Source: Octopus vulgaris (Eukaryota). Taken from it: a stretch of DNA of 64,000 nt. The number at the start of each line of letters is the position of its first letter. The first letter of the stretch is position 1. Position numbers and translations under genes: made by a program. Shown piece by piece: positions 40,255 through 54,525 of this stretch. Where the stretch lies: positions 193,688,001 through 193,752,000 of the forward strand of contig OX597814.1 in NCBI GenBank assembly GCA_951406725.2. Direction: 5' to 3'. Below the pieces are notes generated by a model that ran no database searches, was not told the origin of the DNA, and was given only the letters and a program-made list of their open reading frames with translations.

Positions 40255-40548
40255 GCTAACGAGCAAACAATCCAAGTGTCGATCTAACCTTGCCATTCAC
40301 CATCGAGTTAAAACTCAAAACAAGCAAAAAAACATTAAAAAAAACGAAGAAAGAAAAACGTTCCCCTTTGTTCGGTGTTTTATAACGAAGGAGATACTGT
40401 TGAAGATTGAAGCAATATGGCGGAGCTGGCGTCCAAGAGAGATAAATCAAACAGATAGCAAAGCAGTAAATAGCTGCGTCAAAGAACAGATAGTAATGAG
40501 AATGTGTGTTTCCTGTTCATGACTTTCTGCATTTCAACATATCTTATA
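40255..40548 (+). repeat. unclassified ~280-bp dispersed repeat, copy 1
   Basis: Clearly alignable with 52351-52622. Confidence 0.8.
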
Positions 40549-41132
40549 GTTGTAGATCTTCTCATTAATGTTGTTTGCTATCTGCTCATTTATTTCTCTG
40601 GCCGGGTGGGATATCAGTTTACTGTTAATATAATTACTTGGCAAAATGTGTTCTTAATTAATTATTTGGTTAACCAGTTAAAAAGTTAATGTGTTTACTC
40701 GAGTAATCCGTATGTTGGGTTAATTGGTTTGTGGATTTAATTAATTATTTCCTTATTTATTTAATTTTATTTTGCCATTTTATTTCTATGTATGTACTTC
40801 GTCATAGTCGTTGTCGCCGTTGTGGCTCCTTTTGTTTTAGATGTTTTTTCTTATAGTTTAACTCTTAGGTCAACCCTGATAGAGAAACCTCTGATCAAAG
40901 ATATTCCAGTAATAATCATTCCAACATTTTAGGAGAGACAAGGACTTGTATTACTTAAGATGTCTTGCCTTTATAAAAGATGTAGGTTGTGATGTGAGGG
41001 AGAGTTGGCTCTAACTGAGAAACTAACTACACAACCAGACATGCCCTGAGCGGTCCATTCATAGTTCAGAGAGAAGATATTATTTACGATGCCTGGAGAA
41101 AATCAAATAATACAGCTACTACTGTAACTTAT

Positions 41133-41375
41133 GGAGGCACGTGACGTAGTATCTAGGGTATTTGGTTCAATGATCCTAAGATTTTAGTTTCGATTCTGGG
41201 ACCCTGCCATGTCTTATGTTCTTGAGCAAACCACTTCATTTCACGTTGCTCCAGTTCAGTCAACTTGTAAAAACGAGTAATCCTGTGACGGACTGATGTC
41301 CCGTACAGGGGACGGGTGGGAATATATGTGCCACGGAGACCGGGAAACCGGCCCTCTGAGTCTGTATGACTCGGG
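41133..41375 (+). mobile_element. old SINE with D-type head/core and C-type tail
   Basis: 'cttgagcaaaccacttcatttcacgttgctccag' is as in D; 'accgggaaaccggccct' is as in C. Confidence 0.7.
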
Positions 41376-42069
41376 CAGGATCTCACTGTAACTTCTACAA
41401 GATCGTCATCCGAACCAAAAGAGATGCTTTCGAGCATTGTACAGTTAACAAGGTCTCCTAGCGCTTAAAATGCAACAGATCTTTTTGGTTACTTAGTAGA
41501 CTCCCACTTATAGCCACTTCCCCATTACGATCTTTCTGTAAGCATTACTTCCACGGAGAAAACCACCCCTATCGGGGGGGTTTTTCTTTACATCCTTTTT
41601 GCTATAAATGATCGACTTGACTGTCAACACCTTTAACAAAACCCTATCTTGCACGGATGATTTCAACCTTTATTTCTCTCTCACCTCTGTATTCTTTCTC
41701 TGTCTTTTTAACAGCTACCATACTGACCTCTGCTCCTCGGATCTGGTTCGTTTCGCTCCTACTCAAGCATTCTCCACTTTCGTTTTCCAGTCACCCATTT
41801 TGTATCCATTCCACCGACGTCCTGATCACCCCTAACCATTATGTTTAAGGGGCTCTATAACTCTATATCTGCATATATTTTTCCTGCAGCCGTTAACTTA
41901 CAATATTTCAAGGGGAACTTAAACCACAACAATTTCATCACTCCCAGTGGGCCTCTAAATCCCATAGCCAGAGCTCCTACCTCCTGACCAAACTGATGAT
42001 GTGCCTTATAACTGTGACGGTGTAACAGCCTGGATATGTTGCACACTCTCCTTTGTCCAGTCTATTCTT

Positions 42070-42300
42070 ATTTCTTTACTACCCACAAGGGGCTACACAC
42101 AGAGGGGACAAACAAGGACAGACAAACGAGTTAAGTCGGTTATATCGACCCCAGTGCGTAACTGATACTTATTTACTCGACCCCGAAAAGATGAAAGGCA
42201 AAGTCAACCTCGGCGGAATTTGAACTCAGAACGTAGCGGCAGACAAAATGCCGCTAAGCATTTCGCCCGGCGTGCTAACGTTTCTGCCAGCTCGCCACCC
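42070..42300 (-). mobile_element. SINE family B with TSD
   Basis: TSD tttgtccagtctattctt on both sides. Confidence 0.93.
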
Positions 42301-42818
42301 TTTTGTCCAGTCTATTCTTGTACACTTGTAGCTCCTGGTGATGGTTACAACAGAAGTAGACAAAAGAACTTACTCAGAATGCGTTAGTTGCTACTCGCTA
42401 CTCCTCTGTATTTAACACCTGTGGTGTGAGTTTCGCCACTTATTTTAACCTTAGTTTGTACTGTGTGGCAAAGACAGTGTTTTGGAGAATATCGTATTAG
42501 TGCTTTCGTAACTCATGGTACTATGATCCTCCTTTTGTGTGTGCGTGTGGGGATGTTTATGCTGCAGTGAGTGCTGCTTGCCTGTATTTTATGTAATGCA
42601 ATGCTCAAATACTGCAAGTGTCGACTATCTCTTTCCTCTTTCAGAGGACGACAAAATGAGCGTCAGCCGTCAATCAGTTCGATTAAGCAACTGATTTTTG
42701 TTCCCAAAATGCGTGGAACTGTACCAAAGAAATACTAGAAAATATTATAGTATTATTCCGAGTTTGATTATTAATTAAGCAATTTAGCTTTCATCAGGCT
42801 ATATGATTCACTTTAAAT

Positions 42819-43373
42819 CAGTGGTCGGAGAACTTTTTTTAACCAATTACCCCAAAATATATTTATTTATGCCAACGTTACCCCCTTGATTTAAACGGAA
42901 GAAAATCAAAGATTCTTCGAATTGAAAAGGTTTATTGAATTTATTTATATGCAGAATGCAATTATAAATATAAAAAGTATAAAACAAATACGATAAAATA
43001 AAGTAATATCCTCATTATGAAGCAAAAGGATTTTTCTAGAAAATTTTTCACTTCCGGTTTTCACTTCCAGTTTCATTTTTGTTACAATTGCATCAAAACT
43101 GGGGCATTTTGATGCCAGAACAATTTGAACTTTTCGGGATCTAATCGATTTCTCTACTTTGTTTTTATGTTCATTAGAGTGGAAAATCCTTGTTCGCAAA
43201 TGTAGATTGTTGCAAATAGCAGTAACGTTTTGACTGCTCCCCACCCCTCACGCCAGAAGAAAGATTTCTGTCGTTTTTTTATATAATTTTACTTATGTCT
43301 ACGGGTCCTCATTATCCCCAAGAATTTCATTTTTACCCCACTTAGGGTAATTTACCCCAGTTCGCCCAACCTG
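42819..43373. mobile_element. non-autonomous hAT element
   Basis: Imperfect TIRs cagtggtcggagaact / agttcgcccaacctg and an exact 8-bp TSD ctttaaat. Confidence 0.85.
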
Positions 43374-43879
43374 CTTTAAATACTCGAAAATCTAATGGTA
43401 GGTTTTTGTGGAGATTTGAATGTTATAAAGGTCGTAACGTATGTCTTTATTGTTTCCCCAAAAGTGGTAAATTACGGAAGATAATTTTTACAAATCATTA
43501 ACAGAAAGAGGAATGTAGAATGGCTAAAGTAACAGAGTGAAGAAGGTTAAAAGAAAAGGAGCGAAAAGAAGAAAGAAAGGAAAAGAGAAGAAGGCAGAGG
43601 AAGATCTTTTAAATAAAATGAAATTAAGAATAGAATTAGAATTAAAGTTATGAATCGAGACCAGGAAAGTTACAGGGTACGATTAAAGTTGAGTTAGTGT
43701 CATGCTGTCTGTATATAAATATGCACAGGAATGAAAGCTTGTACATATATTTGTTGAAATACACGCAAGTTGTACGAACATATATTAATTCATAAACTTT
43801 AAATATTGAGGTTTGATGAGTGTCAAAATGGAAAGAAGAAATCTGCTTAGAGGGGATAGTGAATTCCAGTGTTTTTATA

Positions 43880-44750
43880 AATGCTTGTGAACATGCCAAC
43901 ATTTTGCAAAAATCTCCGATCTTGTGTTTTGGAAATTAGCAGAATTTTGAACATTTTTTAAAACGTGTCTCTTCTCGTACATAGATCACATCTTTGATTC
44001 TCGTTTTATATGGTCCCGCACTTTCAATGATCTTCCACTTGATATTTACGTCACTTGCACTTTCTCCCAGCTGGCAGATGTAGTCAATTTCCGGAAAAAA
44101 TATGCGTGAAACACGGTTTTAATGTATTTACTGTTGTTTAACGTATTTACTACTACTTAAATTTTTCTTCCGTCATACGAATGAGGTTTTCGAGTACTTC
44201 TTCAAGATTTGGTTTTGTTTAGTGATGGTGACTTTCGCTACATACATGACTGTTTCAGCATTAAATGACTGATTGTGTGAAAATATATATGTACATATGA
44301 CCATAATTGTTTTGGTAGGTTTATTACTGGTTCAACTGAAACTTAATTTCAGATTATTCCTATTGACTTATTTTCTGTATTCAAGGTTAGGAAAGAAATA
44401 CTTATCAATAACGAATAGAAATGCTTCTGGTAATATTAGAGTTCACATGTAACGAAAAATGAGTGAAAACCACAGGATATTTCTGCATTCCTCCTTTGAG
44501 GGCCTCTGCCACTATAAATTAGTTTCAGAGTGAGATAATGATCGTATGCATTCATTGTGCATGTACATTCAGATATCGAAACCATAATGATATCCGATCG
44601 GCAGCTGATGATAGATATACGCGTTTGATGTAGTTGTTGACTGTGTATCTTTTGTAGCTTGTGTTCTAGTGGTTCTAAGTCGTCCTTCATTGAAATTCTC
44701 GTAGAGTTGAACTTGTTTAAGAGTTTTTGATTTCTTAATTTATCGTGGTA
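43880..44750 (-). pseudogene. highly decayed Penelope-like element C-terminal half (linker plus GIY-YIG)
   Basis: Frame-shifted minus-strand pieces RNILWF, FLFVIDKYF..NRNNLKLSFS, YICQL..NIKWKIIESAGPY..RCDLC..TRSEIFAKCWH. Confidence 0.7.
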
Positions 44751-44792
44751 TTGTCAGATATATAAATATATACAAACACAAGCACACACACA

Positions 44793-44838
<46 letters not shown>

Positions 44839-45163
44839 AGGAAAATCTCAGGTCATTTACTACATTTAATTAGAATAAGGTGAATCAAAAATTGGAGAGG
44901 TAGAAGTAATTAATGTCTTGCAGATGTTTCTGTTGCTGCTACTGTGAATGGTAATGTCAATAACCTAGGTCCAGTCTCAACTATGAACTTGGAACCTAAC
45001 GGATGACAAATTATAACACTTACAGACCGTCCCTATTCGCTTAGATCATCAGTGAACTAAATCCCTCATATCTTATCTATCTATCTATCTATCTCTATAT
45101 ATATAATAAATAAATAAATAAATTAATTAATTAATTAATTAAATAATATATAAATAAAAAAAT

Positions 45164-45239
<76 letters not shown>

Positions 45240-45242
<3 letters not shown>

Positions 45243-45470
45243 AAATTCATAAGTTTAATTTATTTAAATAATTTTTTAATTTTTAACTTTTATATTTTTA
45301 AATTAATTTTATGTATTGGCTTATGTTTTTCACTGTTTGATTTGCCTAATAGTGGTTTTATCTCTAATTTAATATAATATAATATAATATATTTTTACTA
45401 TAAAATTGGATTTCATCCTAAATCTAATTTTTCCCTGTAAGTTTGGATTTATTCCCTAATATTATTATTA
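45240..45470 (+). mobile_element. H3-family 3' end fragment
   Basis: Matches 22770-22923 including the tail; between (TA)n tracts. Confidence 0.8.
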
Positions 45471-45472
45471 TT

Positions 45473-45513
<41 letters not shown>

Positions 45514-46239
45514 AGAGATAACGAAAAAAACAAAAGACGAAGACAGGTGGTGTACAAAACAAACAGGTGTATTACGACGAGCTTCTTTCAGTTTCTGTCT
45601 GCCAAATCCATTTACAAGGCTTTTGTCAGCCCGACGCTATCAGTAGAAGACACCTGCCAAGGTGCCACACAGTGGGACTGAACCCGGAACCATGCGGTTG
45701 GAAAACAAGTTTCTTACCACACAGCCACACCCGCACTTATACTACGCCTGCACCTATGTGTGGGCATATTTATTTATATGCGTATGTAATGTCTGTATAT
45801 ATTTATATGCAGGTGTCAGAATGTGAATAAGTGAGTGTATATGTGTGTGTGTCTGTGTGTATTCACTGCTCATTGTTGCTTTTTTCTGTTTCGGGTTACG
45901 TTTTCGGTGTTGTTGCTGCTGCTGCTGCCACTGCTGCTGCTGCTGCTGCTGTTGTTGTTGTTGCTGATGTTGCTGCTACTGTGAATGGTAATGTCAATGT
46001 TGATATTGTTGGTTGTTTTGTTTATTGGTGTGTTTTTTTTCCTGTTTATTTTTTGTTTTTAGAGAGTTTTTTTTTGTTATCTTTTACAAAAAAAATGAGG
46101 TTCTTTCTGCGTACCAGGGCAGTGACGCTATTGTTATAAATACAATAGGTTCTTATAGATCAAAGATAGGGCTGTAACATTTGATACAATCAAGGTGAAA
46201 ACGAAAGGTAAGCTGTATAAGTTTGTATGTATGTATGTA

Positions 46240-46276
<37 letters not shown>

Positions 46277-46420
46277 TATTTATATATATGTATGTATGCA
46301 TGTATGTTTAGATACGTATACACACACTCATATATTTATATATATATACTCATAAACATATGTATATATATATATGTATGTATGTATGCATATATATAGG
46401 TATATGTGTGTGTTTGTGTG

Positions 46421-46478
<58 letters not shown>

Positions 46479-47321
46479 ATGGTGATCCCAACAAGCTAAG
46501 GTGTACAAGTGTGTGTGTGTATCTGAGAATGGTGCGTGTGTGAGTGTGTGTGCGTGTGTGTGTATGTGTGTGTCTGTCTGTGTGTCTCTCTGTGAGCAAA
46601 TAGTGTGCATGCGTATAGTATATATATATATATATATATACATGTATACATATATATATACAACGTATACATGTACATGTAACTCAAACACATGTATATA
46701 TAGGTTTATGTATACCTATAGTATATAGACATATATGTACACATATGTATGTATGTATGAATGTATGTATGTATGTATGCGTGTCTTCAATACATGTGTA
46801 TGCAGATATGAATATACTCTTAGCTATATGTGTGTGTGTGTGCGCGCGCGTGCGGGCGTTCATGGTGGGGGGGGGTCCGGGACGGGTGCTGGGGGAATTC
46901 CTGACTCTGTTATGCTGACAGTTTGAGTAATCCCCCTGAAATTGAGATCTTTTGTATTGTTTAATAAAACGTTATCTCGTATTTCAAAAGGATTATCCAG
47001 AACAAATGAACGGCGAAACGAACTCCTGCTTCGTGTGTATGTCTGTTGTATTGTTGGCGTGTGTGTATGTGTGTGTGTATGTGTGTTTGGCAGGGAAAGA
47101 GAGAGAGAGAGAGAGTGGGAGAGGAGGAGGGAGTTGACATAGAGAGAGAGAGAGTAAGATCACGTAGATTGATACGAGGTCAACAGTTTGTACCTCAGAA
47201 GCCCTGAGTTCATTTCATTGTAAACGGCATTGATTTCTCTTAAGAAAATACCTTCGACTTTTACTGACTACGGCTTGCGTTTCTCACCTGTGATGCAGTT
47301 TTAACACCTTAGCTGCTGTGG

Positions 47322-47324
<3 letters not shown>

Positions 47325-47384
<60 letters not shown>

Positions 47385-47386
47385 TA

Positions 47387-47457
<71 letters not shown>

Positions 47458-47485
47458 AATAATAATGATGATAATAAAAATAATA

Positions 47486-47580
<95 letters not shown>

Positions 47581-47601
47581 GGTGATGATCATAATAATAA
47601 C

Positions 47602-47675
<74 letters not shown>

Positions 47676-47799
47676 TGATGATGAGATAAGAGGTGTTATC
47701 TTAGTTCACTGGTAGTCAACAGCTGACACCGTAGTACATCTCTAGCGTTAGAAGCTGTGCAAAATAATAATAATGATGATAATAATAATAATAATAATA

Positions 47800-47841
<42 letters not shown>

Positions 47842-47852
47842 GTTATTATTAC

Positions 47853-47949
<97 letters not shown>

Positions 47950-47950
47950 G
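47325..47950. repeat. (AAT)/(GAT)/(ATT)n compound microsatellite block
   Basis: Direct reading. Confidence 0.95.
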
Positions 47951-48186
47951 ATGCTCGTTACTGTTCTTTTAGGATGAAAACGAATTCAGATGCTCCAGTT
48001 ACTGTTCTTTTAGGATGAAAACGAATTCAAAAGATTTTTAACGTTTGAAGAACATTTATTGCATGTAAGCAGCTGGTGGTTGTTGCAGATTTATTGGCTT
48101 TTAATTATACATACATTCATACGTATATACATTTATACATATATCCATGCATTCAAGCATATATACATGCATATATGCATAGATAC

Positions 48187-48266
<80 letters not shown>

Positions 48267-48401
48267 ATATACATATATATATATATATAAATACATATAT
48301 ATGTTTATAAATATGCGTGTATACACACACATATACGCTGATATATATAAATATATATGTGTGTGTCTATGTGTATATATGTATGTATGCATGTATGTAT
48401 G

Positions 48402-48433
<32 letters not shown>

Positions 48434-48589
48434 TGTATGTATGTATGTATGTATGTAGGCCGTGCTGGAAAACAGTTTTCGTTAAACATATCGAGTCATT
48501 AAGTTATACAACATAAAGTGACCCAACACATACAACAACACCTGTTTTTAGACCGTTGTAAACATACAATCGAGCTCGGAAACGACATA

Positions 48590-49027
48590 ATACATACATA
48601 CATACATACATACATACATGCATACATACCTACATACATGCATACATACATGCATACATACATACATACATACATACATACATACATACATACATACATA
48701 CATACATACATACATACATACATACATACATACATACATACATACATACATACATACATACATAGATAAATACATACATGCATACATACATACATACATA
48801 CATACATACATACATACATACATACATACATACATAAATACATACATGCATACATACATACATACATACATACATACATAAATACATACATACATACATA
48901 CATACATACATACATACATACATACATACATACATACATACATACATACATACATAAATACATACATACATACATACATACATACATACATACATACATA
49001 CATACATACATACATACATACATACAT
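48590..49027. repeat. (TACA)n microsatellite
   Basis: Direct reading. Confidence 0.97.
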
Positions 49028-49768
49028 AGTGGAAATTTATAGAAAAACAAAAGATGAAGACAGGTGCAAGAACAACAAGCAAGTGTATTAGTTTGACACT
49101 CGAGAAAAATGGAAAAGTCTTTTACGTTTCGAGCCTACGCTCCTCGACAGAAAAGAATAAGAGAAAATAAATAGAGAGAGAATGAGAAAAAACGTGTAGT
49201 GTTCAGAGATCCAACGTGGCAAATGATTGAAAAAAGAGGTTCTATGAAAGGGAGATAATAATGGTGGTGATATGATGGTGATCCCAACAAGTGTATATTT
49301 GAGAATGGTGTGTGAGTGTGTAAGTGTCTGTGTGTGAATAAGGGCAAGTGAGTTTGATGTGTGTGTGTGTGTGTGCGTGCATAACGTGTGTGCGTGTGTA
49401 ACTTGTGTGCGTGTTTGAAGGTGTTATGGATATGTGTATAATGGTGTGTGAAGTGAATGAGTTGAACAGTGTGTATGGGGTGTGTGTAGTGGTGCGTGTA
49501 GGTGAGGGTACCGAGGTGGGCGGTATGCAGATGTGTAGGTGGAGGGGCAGTTGAATGTGGGAGATGTGTGGGAATCCATGTGGAGCTAGTGTAAAATGAA
49601 GAGAAGTGGTGAGGTTGTTAAGTTGAGAGGTAAGTTGAGACCATGTGGCGCAAAAGAACGAAGAGAAAAGATTAATTGAAGGCCGAAGTCTGGGTGTCTC
49701 CTGTGCAGAGACAGTCCGAACACAGACAGATGTTGTAGTGTTTGATAGAGTTTGATGAGTTTGATGTC

Positions 49769-49770
<2 letters not shown>
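49028..49770 (-). mobile_element. Penelope-like element 3' end: GIY-YIG C-terminus, 3' UTR and HHR (H2)
   Basis: Minus frame QHLSVFGLSLH...QLIFSLRSFAPHGLN (~49740-49635); HHR at 49118-49156; (TACA)n on both flanks. Confidence 0.8.
49118..49156 (-). ncRNA. minimal hammerhead ribozyme, A6U variant (H2)
   Basis: tctttt-CTGTCGA-g-gagc(gtag)gctc-GAAACGTA-aaaga. Confidence 0.65.
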
Positions 49771-49799
<29 letters not shown>

Positions 49800-50117
49800 C
49801 ATACATACATACATACAGCTTCTATATCCGAGTTACAAATTTACATTTATACCAATAATAATTAGTGCACTTGGTTTTGTAAGTAAATGCCTAACTGACA
49901 GTCTAGATAAGCTTGAATTTTCAGAAAAAATGTAATCAACTAACTTTTTCGTACTTTACAAATACAATCTATAAGTGGAACAGTAAAAATATGCAACATT
50001 ATTCTCAAGTTTAGAATGTGACATTGTTTTCGTAATCTACATTCCTGCGATGGAGCGTTGTATCTTTTTTAGAAACCAGTTCCTACTTCAGAAGAAGAAT
50101 TTGAATAATTAAAAACA

Positions 50118-50170
<53 letters not shown>

Positions 50171-51117
50171 AAGATAGATAGATAGTTAAGAGGGTCTTCG
50201 TAGGGTTTCTCTCAACGAAATGATTACCATTAGGCTATAGTAGAAGATATTACTAGCCCGCCCAGAGTGCTGTACAATGAGATCGAATCCTGGAATCATG
50301 CGGCTTTGAAGCAAACTTTTTAACGACATCATTGTTTCTACACCTGTATTACATATGCTTCTATATACTTATGTAATAATATTTTATATCAAGAACACTT
50401 CTTAGTTTTAATTAAACTAAAAGAATATTTCCTGTTCATCTTGATAACTTATGCGTTATAGAGCTAAGTAAATTACTATATTATTTTAACGTGTTTCTCG
50501 AATTAGTTTTCTGGTTCTTAGTCATGCGAACTATATATTTCAAACACTTCCCAAGAAAAGGTAGACACCGTATTTGATAGCATGTGTGTATGATACACTT
50601 CTTCCAAGAAAAAATATGTCTCAAAAAATCAACCTGGGACCTATATTTTGGTGTTGGACTTTTAACATAAGCTAATTTCATCCCTGATGTTCATTTTTAC
50701 CTGTATATGCTCTCCTGAAATTGCAGTGCATCTGTTAAGTCCGTACATGCTATTGAATACGGTATCGCTTGTTTTATGATGTTCATTGGATAAGAGATAA
50801 ATCATCTATTGGATTGCTGCCAGTCTTTTACAAGTAACATTTCTTAAAAGTCTGGTAGCAGTTCTTGAAAATTAGATGAACTGAGCCGTATAAACCTGCA
50901 ATGTAAGTATCGCTAGTTTAACGGAACTCTTGCAGTATATTAATTCAATATAAGAACCATCTATAACAATTTTGTTTCTATACTTCTACCCACAAGTTTA
51001 TCTAGTTACTGAGCTGATGAACATTTTGATCTGATATTAAATGTTAAACGAATTAACAGGACATTAACAATACTTTGCAGTTCTGAGATGGAATTCTGTC
51101 AAAAGATAAAAGTAGAT

Positions 51118-51328
51118 ACTCTTTTACTCTTTTACTTGTTTCAGTCATTTGACTGTGGCCATGCTGGAGCACCGCCTTTAGTCGAGCAAATCGACCCCAG
51201 GACTTATTCCTTGTAAGCCTAGTACTTTATTCTATCGGTCTCTTTTGTCGAACCGCTAAGTTATGGGGACGTAAACACGCCAGAATCGGTTATCAAGCGA
51301 TGTTGGGGGGACAGACACAGACATACAA

Positions 51329-51399
<71 letters not shown>

Positions 51400-51563
51400 C
51401 TACGGGCTTCTTTCAGTTTCCGTCTACCAAATCCACTCACAAGGCTTTGGTCGACCCGAGGCTATAGTAGAAGACACTTGCCCAAGGTGCCATGCAGTGG
51501 GACTGAACCCGAAACCATGTGGCTGGTAAACAAGCTACTTACCACACAGCCACTCCTACGCCT
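51118..51563 (-). mobile_element. SINE family A, full length
   Basis: Complete head and tail; short TSD tagata. Confidence 0.93.
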
Positions 51564-51772
51564 AGATAGCTTATAAAATGCCGAAATAAAGCCTTTAGTT
51601 CATTATGTACTTTTAACTATTTTAAGTTCTAACCATACTGAAACACTACCACATTTAGAATGAATTGTTTTGAAGAATGTTTATGTTGTAGCACCCTAAC
51701 CACTAGGCCATGCACCTTTGCCGTATCATGTACAATTATATAGTATTGATGCGGCGAGCATCAAAATATTAG

Positions 51773-52187
51773 GGCGGCGAGCTGGTAGAAACGTTAGCGC
51801 GCCGGGCGAAAAACTTAGCGGTATTTCGTCTGTCGTTACATTCTGAGTTCGAATTCCGCCGAGGTCGACTTTGCCTTTCATCCTCTCGGGGTCGATAAAT
51901 AAAGTACCAGTTTCGCAAAGGGGTCGATGTAATCGACTTAATCCCTGTGTCTGTCCTTGTTTGTCCCCTCTATGTTTAGCCCCTTGTGGGTAGTAAAGAA
52001 ATAGGTATTTCGTCTGTCGTTACGTTCTGAGTTCAAATTCCGCCGAGGTCGACTTTGCCTTTCATCCTCTCGGGTTCGATAAATAAAGTACCAGTTTCGC
52101 AATGAGGTCGATTTAATCGACTTAATCCCTTTGTCTGTCCTTGTTTGTCCCCTCTATGTATAGCCCCTTGTGGGCAGTAAAGAAATA
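51773..52187 (+). mobile_element. SINE family B dimer
   Basis: One head followed by two 184-bp bodies joined at aaagaaata|ggtatttcg. Confidence 0.92.
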
Positions 52188-52350
52188 TATATAATATTGA
52201 TGCACTAACTCACAGGAAGTGAATTTGCGGAGATATTTGCGAGGGGACAAAATGTCTTGCTATATTTGTGCTGAGTCTATAGGCGTTGCGTCCAGATTCT
52301 GTCATGGCCATCTCAATCTGCTGCATCTCAATCAATTTTTCTTATATTGT

Positions 52351-52622
52351 ACTAACAAGCAAACAATCCGAGTGTCGATCCAACTTTTCCATTCACCATA
52401 GAGTTAAAACTCAAAACAAGCAAGAAAACAGAAACGCTTTACTCTCTCTGTTCAGTATTTTATAACGAAGGAGATTCAGTTGAAGTTTGAAGCAATATGG
52501 CGGAGCTGGCGTCCAACAGAGATAAATCAAACAGATAGCAAAGCAGTAAAAGCTACGTCAAAGAACAGATAGTGATGAGAAAGCGTTTTCCCGTTCATTA
52601 CTTTCTGCACTTCAACATATAG
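52351..52622 (+). repeat. unclassified ~280-bp dispersed repeat, copy 2
   Basis: Alignable with 40255-40548. Confidence 0.8.
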
Positions 52623-53405
52623 TTTTAAACCCGGTTCAACACTATCTCCTGGTTCTTGCGAGTCTCTAGCAGAATCCACTCTGTTGCAAACATTCAGTCC
52701 AGGTCTCCGATTTGAACATAACTTCCTCTATTTTTCGTTCAAGTTAGGGACTGAAAAAATAAAGGATTATGGATGTTGCATTTCTTTCCCTGAAAAAAAA
52801 ACGTAAAAAGTCGACAACTGTAAAAGTGCTTCATCTGATCAGAATGATTTCTATAACAACATAAACAACATGAAGTCCAAATGCAGTAAGATCGAACCCG
52901 GATCAACGAGATTAAAAAAGCAGACTTCGTAACCAAACTTCCTGGACATATATGCTGACATAAATAAAGTCACACGACTTATTTCAGGAATGGAAATTTC
53001 TCGAATTCGGTTCATGATCTTTTTTGTCAAAAGCTTACCTACATTGTTACATGCTGGCCACTTTCCTCAGATTTTGTGATTTTCCGGATTATAAGAGATG
53101 TAAGTTGAAGTGAAATGGTTAATTTTGCAAATCAGGTGATTATATCTATCGCTCTCGTATGAACCTAGTTTGATACAAGAGAAAATCTAAGTACTGTCGA
53201 TTATCACAATATTGGTTTCAAATTTTGGCAGAAGGCCAGCAATTTCGGGGTAGGGAGAAAATCGAATACACTGACCCCAGTGCTCAACTGATACTTAGTT
53301 TATTGACGTCGAAAGGATGAAAAGCAGAGTCGACCTCGAGGGCATTTGAACTCAGAATGTAAAGTAAAGTCAGAAAATCTGCTTAGGGGCATTTTTTCCG
53401 TTATA

Positions 53406-53636
53406 GGCGGTGAGCTGGCAGAAACGTTAGCGCGCCAGGCGAAATGCGTAGCCGTATTTCATCTGTCGTTACGTTCCGAGTTCAAATTCCGCCGAGGTCG
53501 ACTTTGCCTTTCATCCTTTCGGGGTCGATAAATTAAGTACCAGTTACGCACTGGGGTCGATGTAATCGACTTAATCCGTTTGTCTGTTCTTGTTTGTCCC
53601 CTCTGTGTTTAGCTCCTTGTGGGTAGTAAAGAAATA
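53406..53636 (+). mobile_element. SINE family B nested in an older antisense B-like copy (~53215-53665)
   Basis: Consensus match; older degenerate copy on the minus strand flanks it. Confidence 0.88.
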
Positions 53637-54525
53637 TATAGCAACGATTCTGACAGCTCACTACCTCAATCGATTATTATAATATTGGAATAATTTTCTT
53701 CTTAAGTTCACTTTTGATTGGCTGTAGGGGTTATAAGATTAAAATTTAAAATATTACCCCATTCTTATTCGAATCCCACTTGAAGTTTAAACCTACTACA
53801 GAACTAATATAGTACGTGGTTAAAAATGTAAAAACCATAGAAATTTAGGTTTTGACCGCCTGCATTTCTAATCGATTTAAAGACTTCTCATCAATCATAA
53901 AATGTCGGATCCGAGTATCATTTATAGAGTCATCTTTCAGAATCTAAGAAATCGTGTACTTCTAATCAATCTAAAGTATTTAATAACTGAAGAACAGTTT
54001 CAGTTTACAACAAGCTTCCTAAAAACAGTAATTCGATATTTTCCTGTTAAATGCATAATTAGTCACGTAATGTTCCATGGAGTAAGTTACTGGTACAGTG
54101 AAAAAGACATCATTTTCATGATCAATTCAAGAATTATCGTTAGTTACACCGGAATACTTCTGTCAAACTCACATGAGCTCAACATTACAAACTGACGAAA
54201 TACTGTTTAATTATGCTGTCTCCCAGAATAAGCTCTAATTTTTACATCCTTAGTATATTTAATTTTACAGTCTACATATAATGAGCAATTCAAAGTGAAT
54301 GGCCAGTCTCTGGGTACAAATTCAATCCTTTCCTATCAGTAATTTCTCACATTGGCCTCGCGCTACAACTCGTATTTCTTGAAGTAATTTTGAAGTTTAC
54401 TTTTTTTTTTTTCTTTCAAAATTTTTCAAATCAACGCAATTGTTGTAATAGACGTTCTTGGCAGAGAACCAGGCCACCTCTTATCGAGATGACTTATGAT
54501 TAAAAGCGTTCCATCCTTGACCATT

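Noticed and set aside
45015-45056. Minus-strand CTGATGA with a hairpin as an HHR
   Set aside because: GAAA is missing and stem I is out of register.
46090-46215. Possible host exon ending at aag|gtaagc
   Set aside because: No open frame or acceptor support; a single donor-like site is expected by chance.
50701-50896. Minus-strand AG...GT bounded candidate exon
   Set aside because: Stop codons in all three frames.
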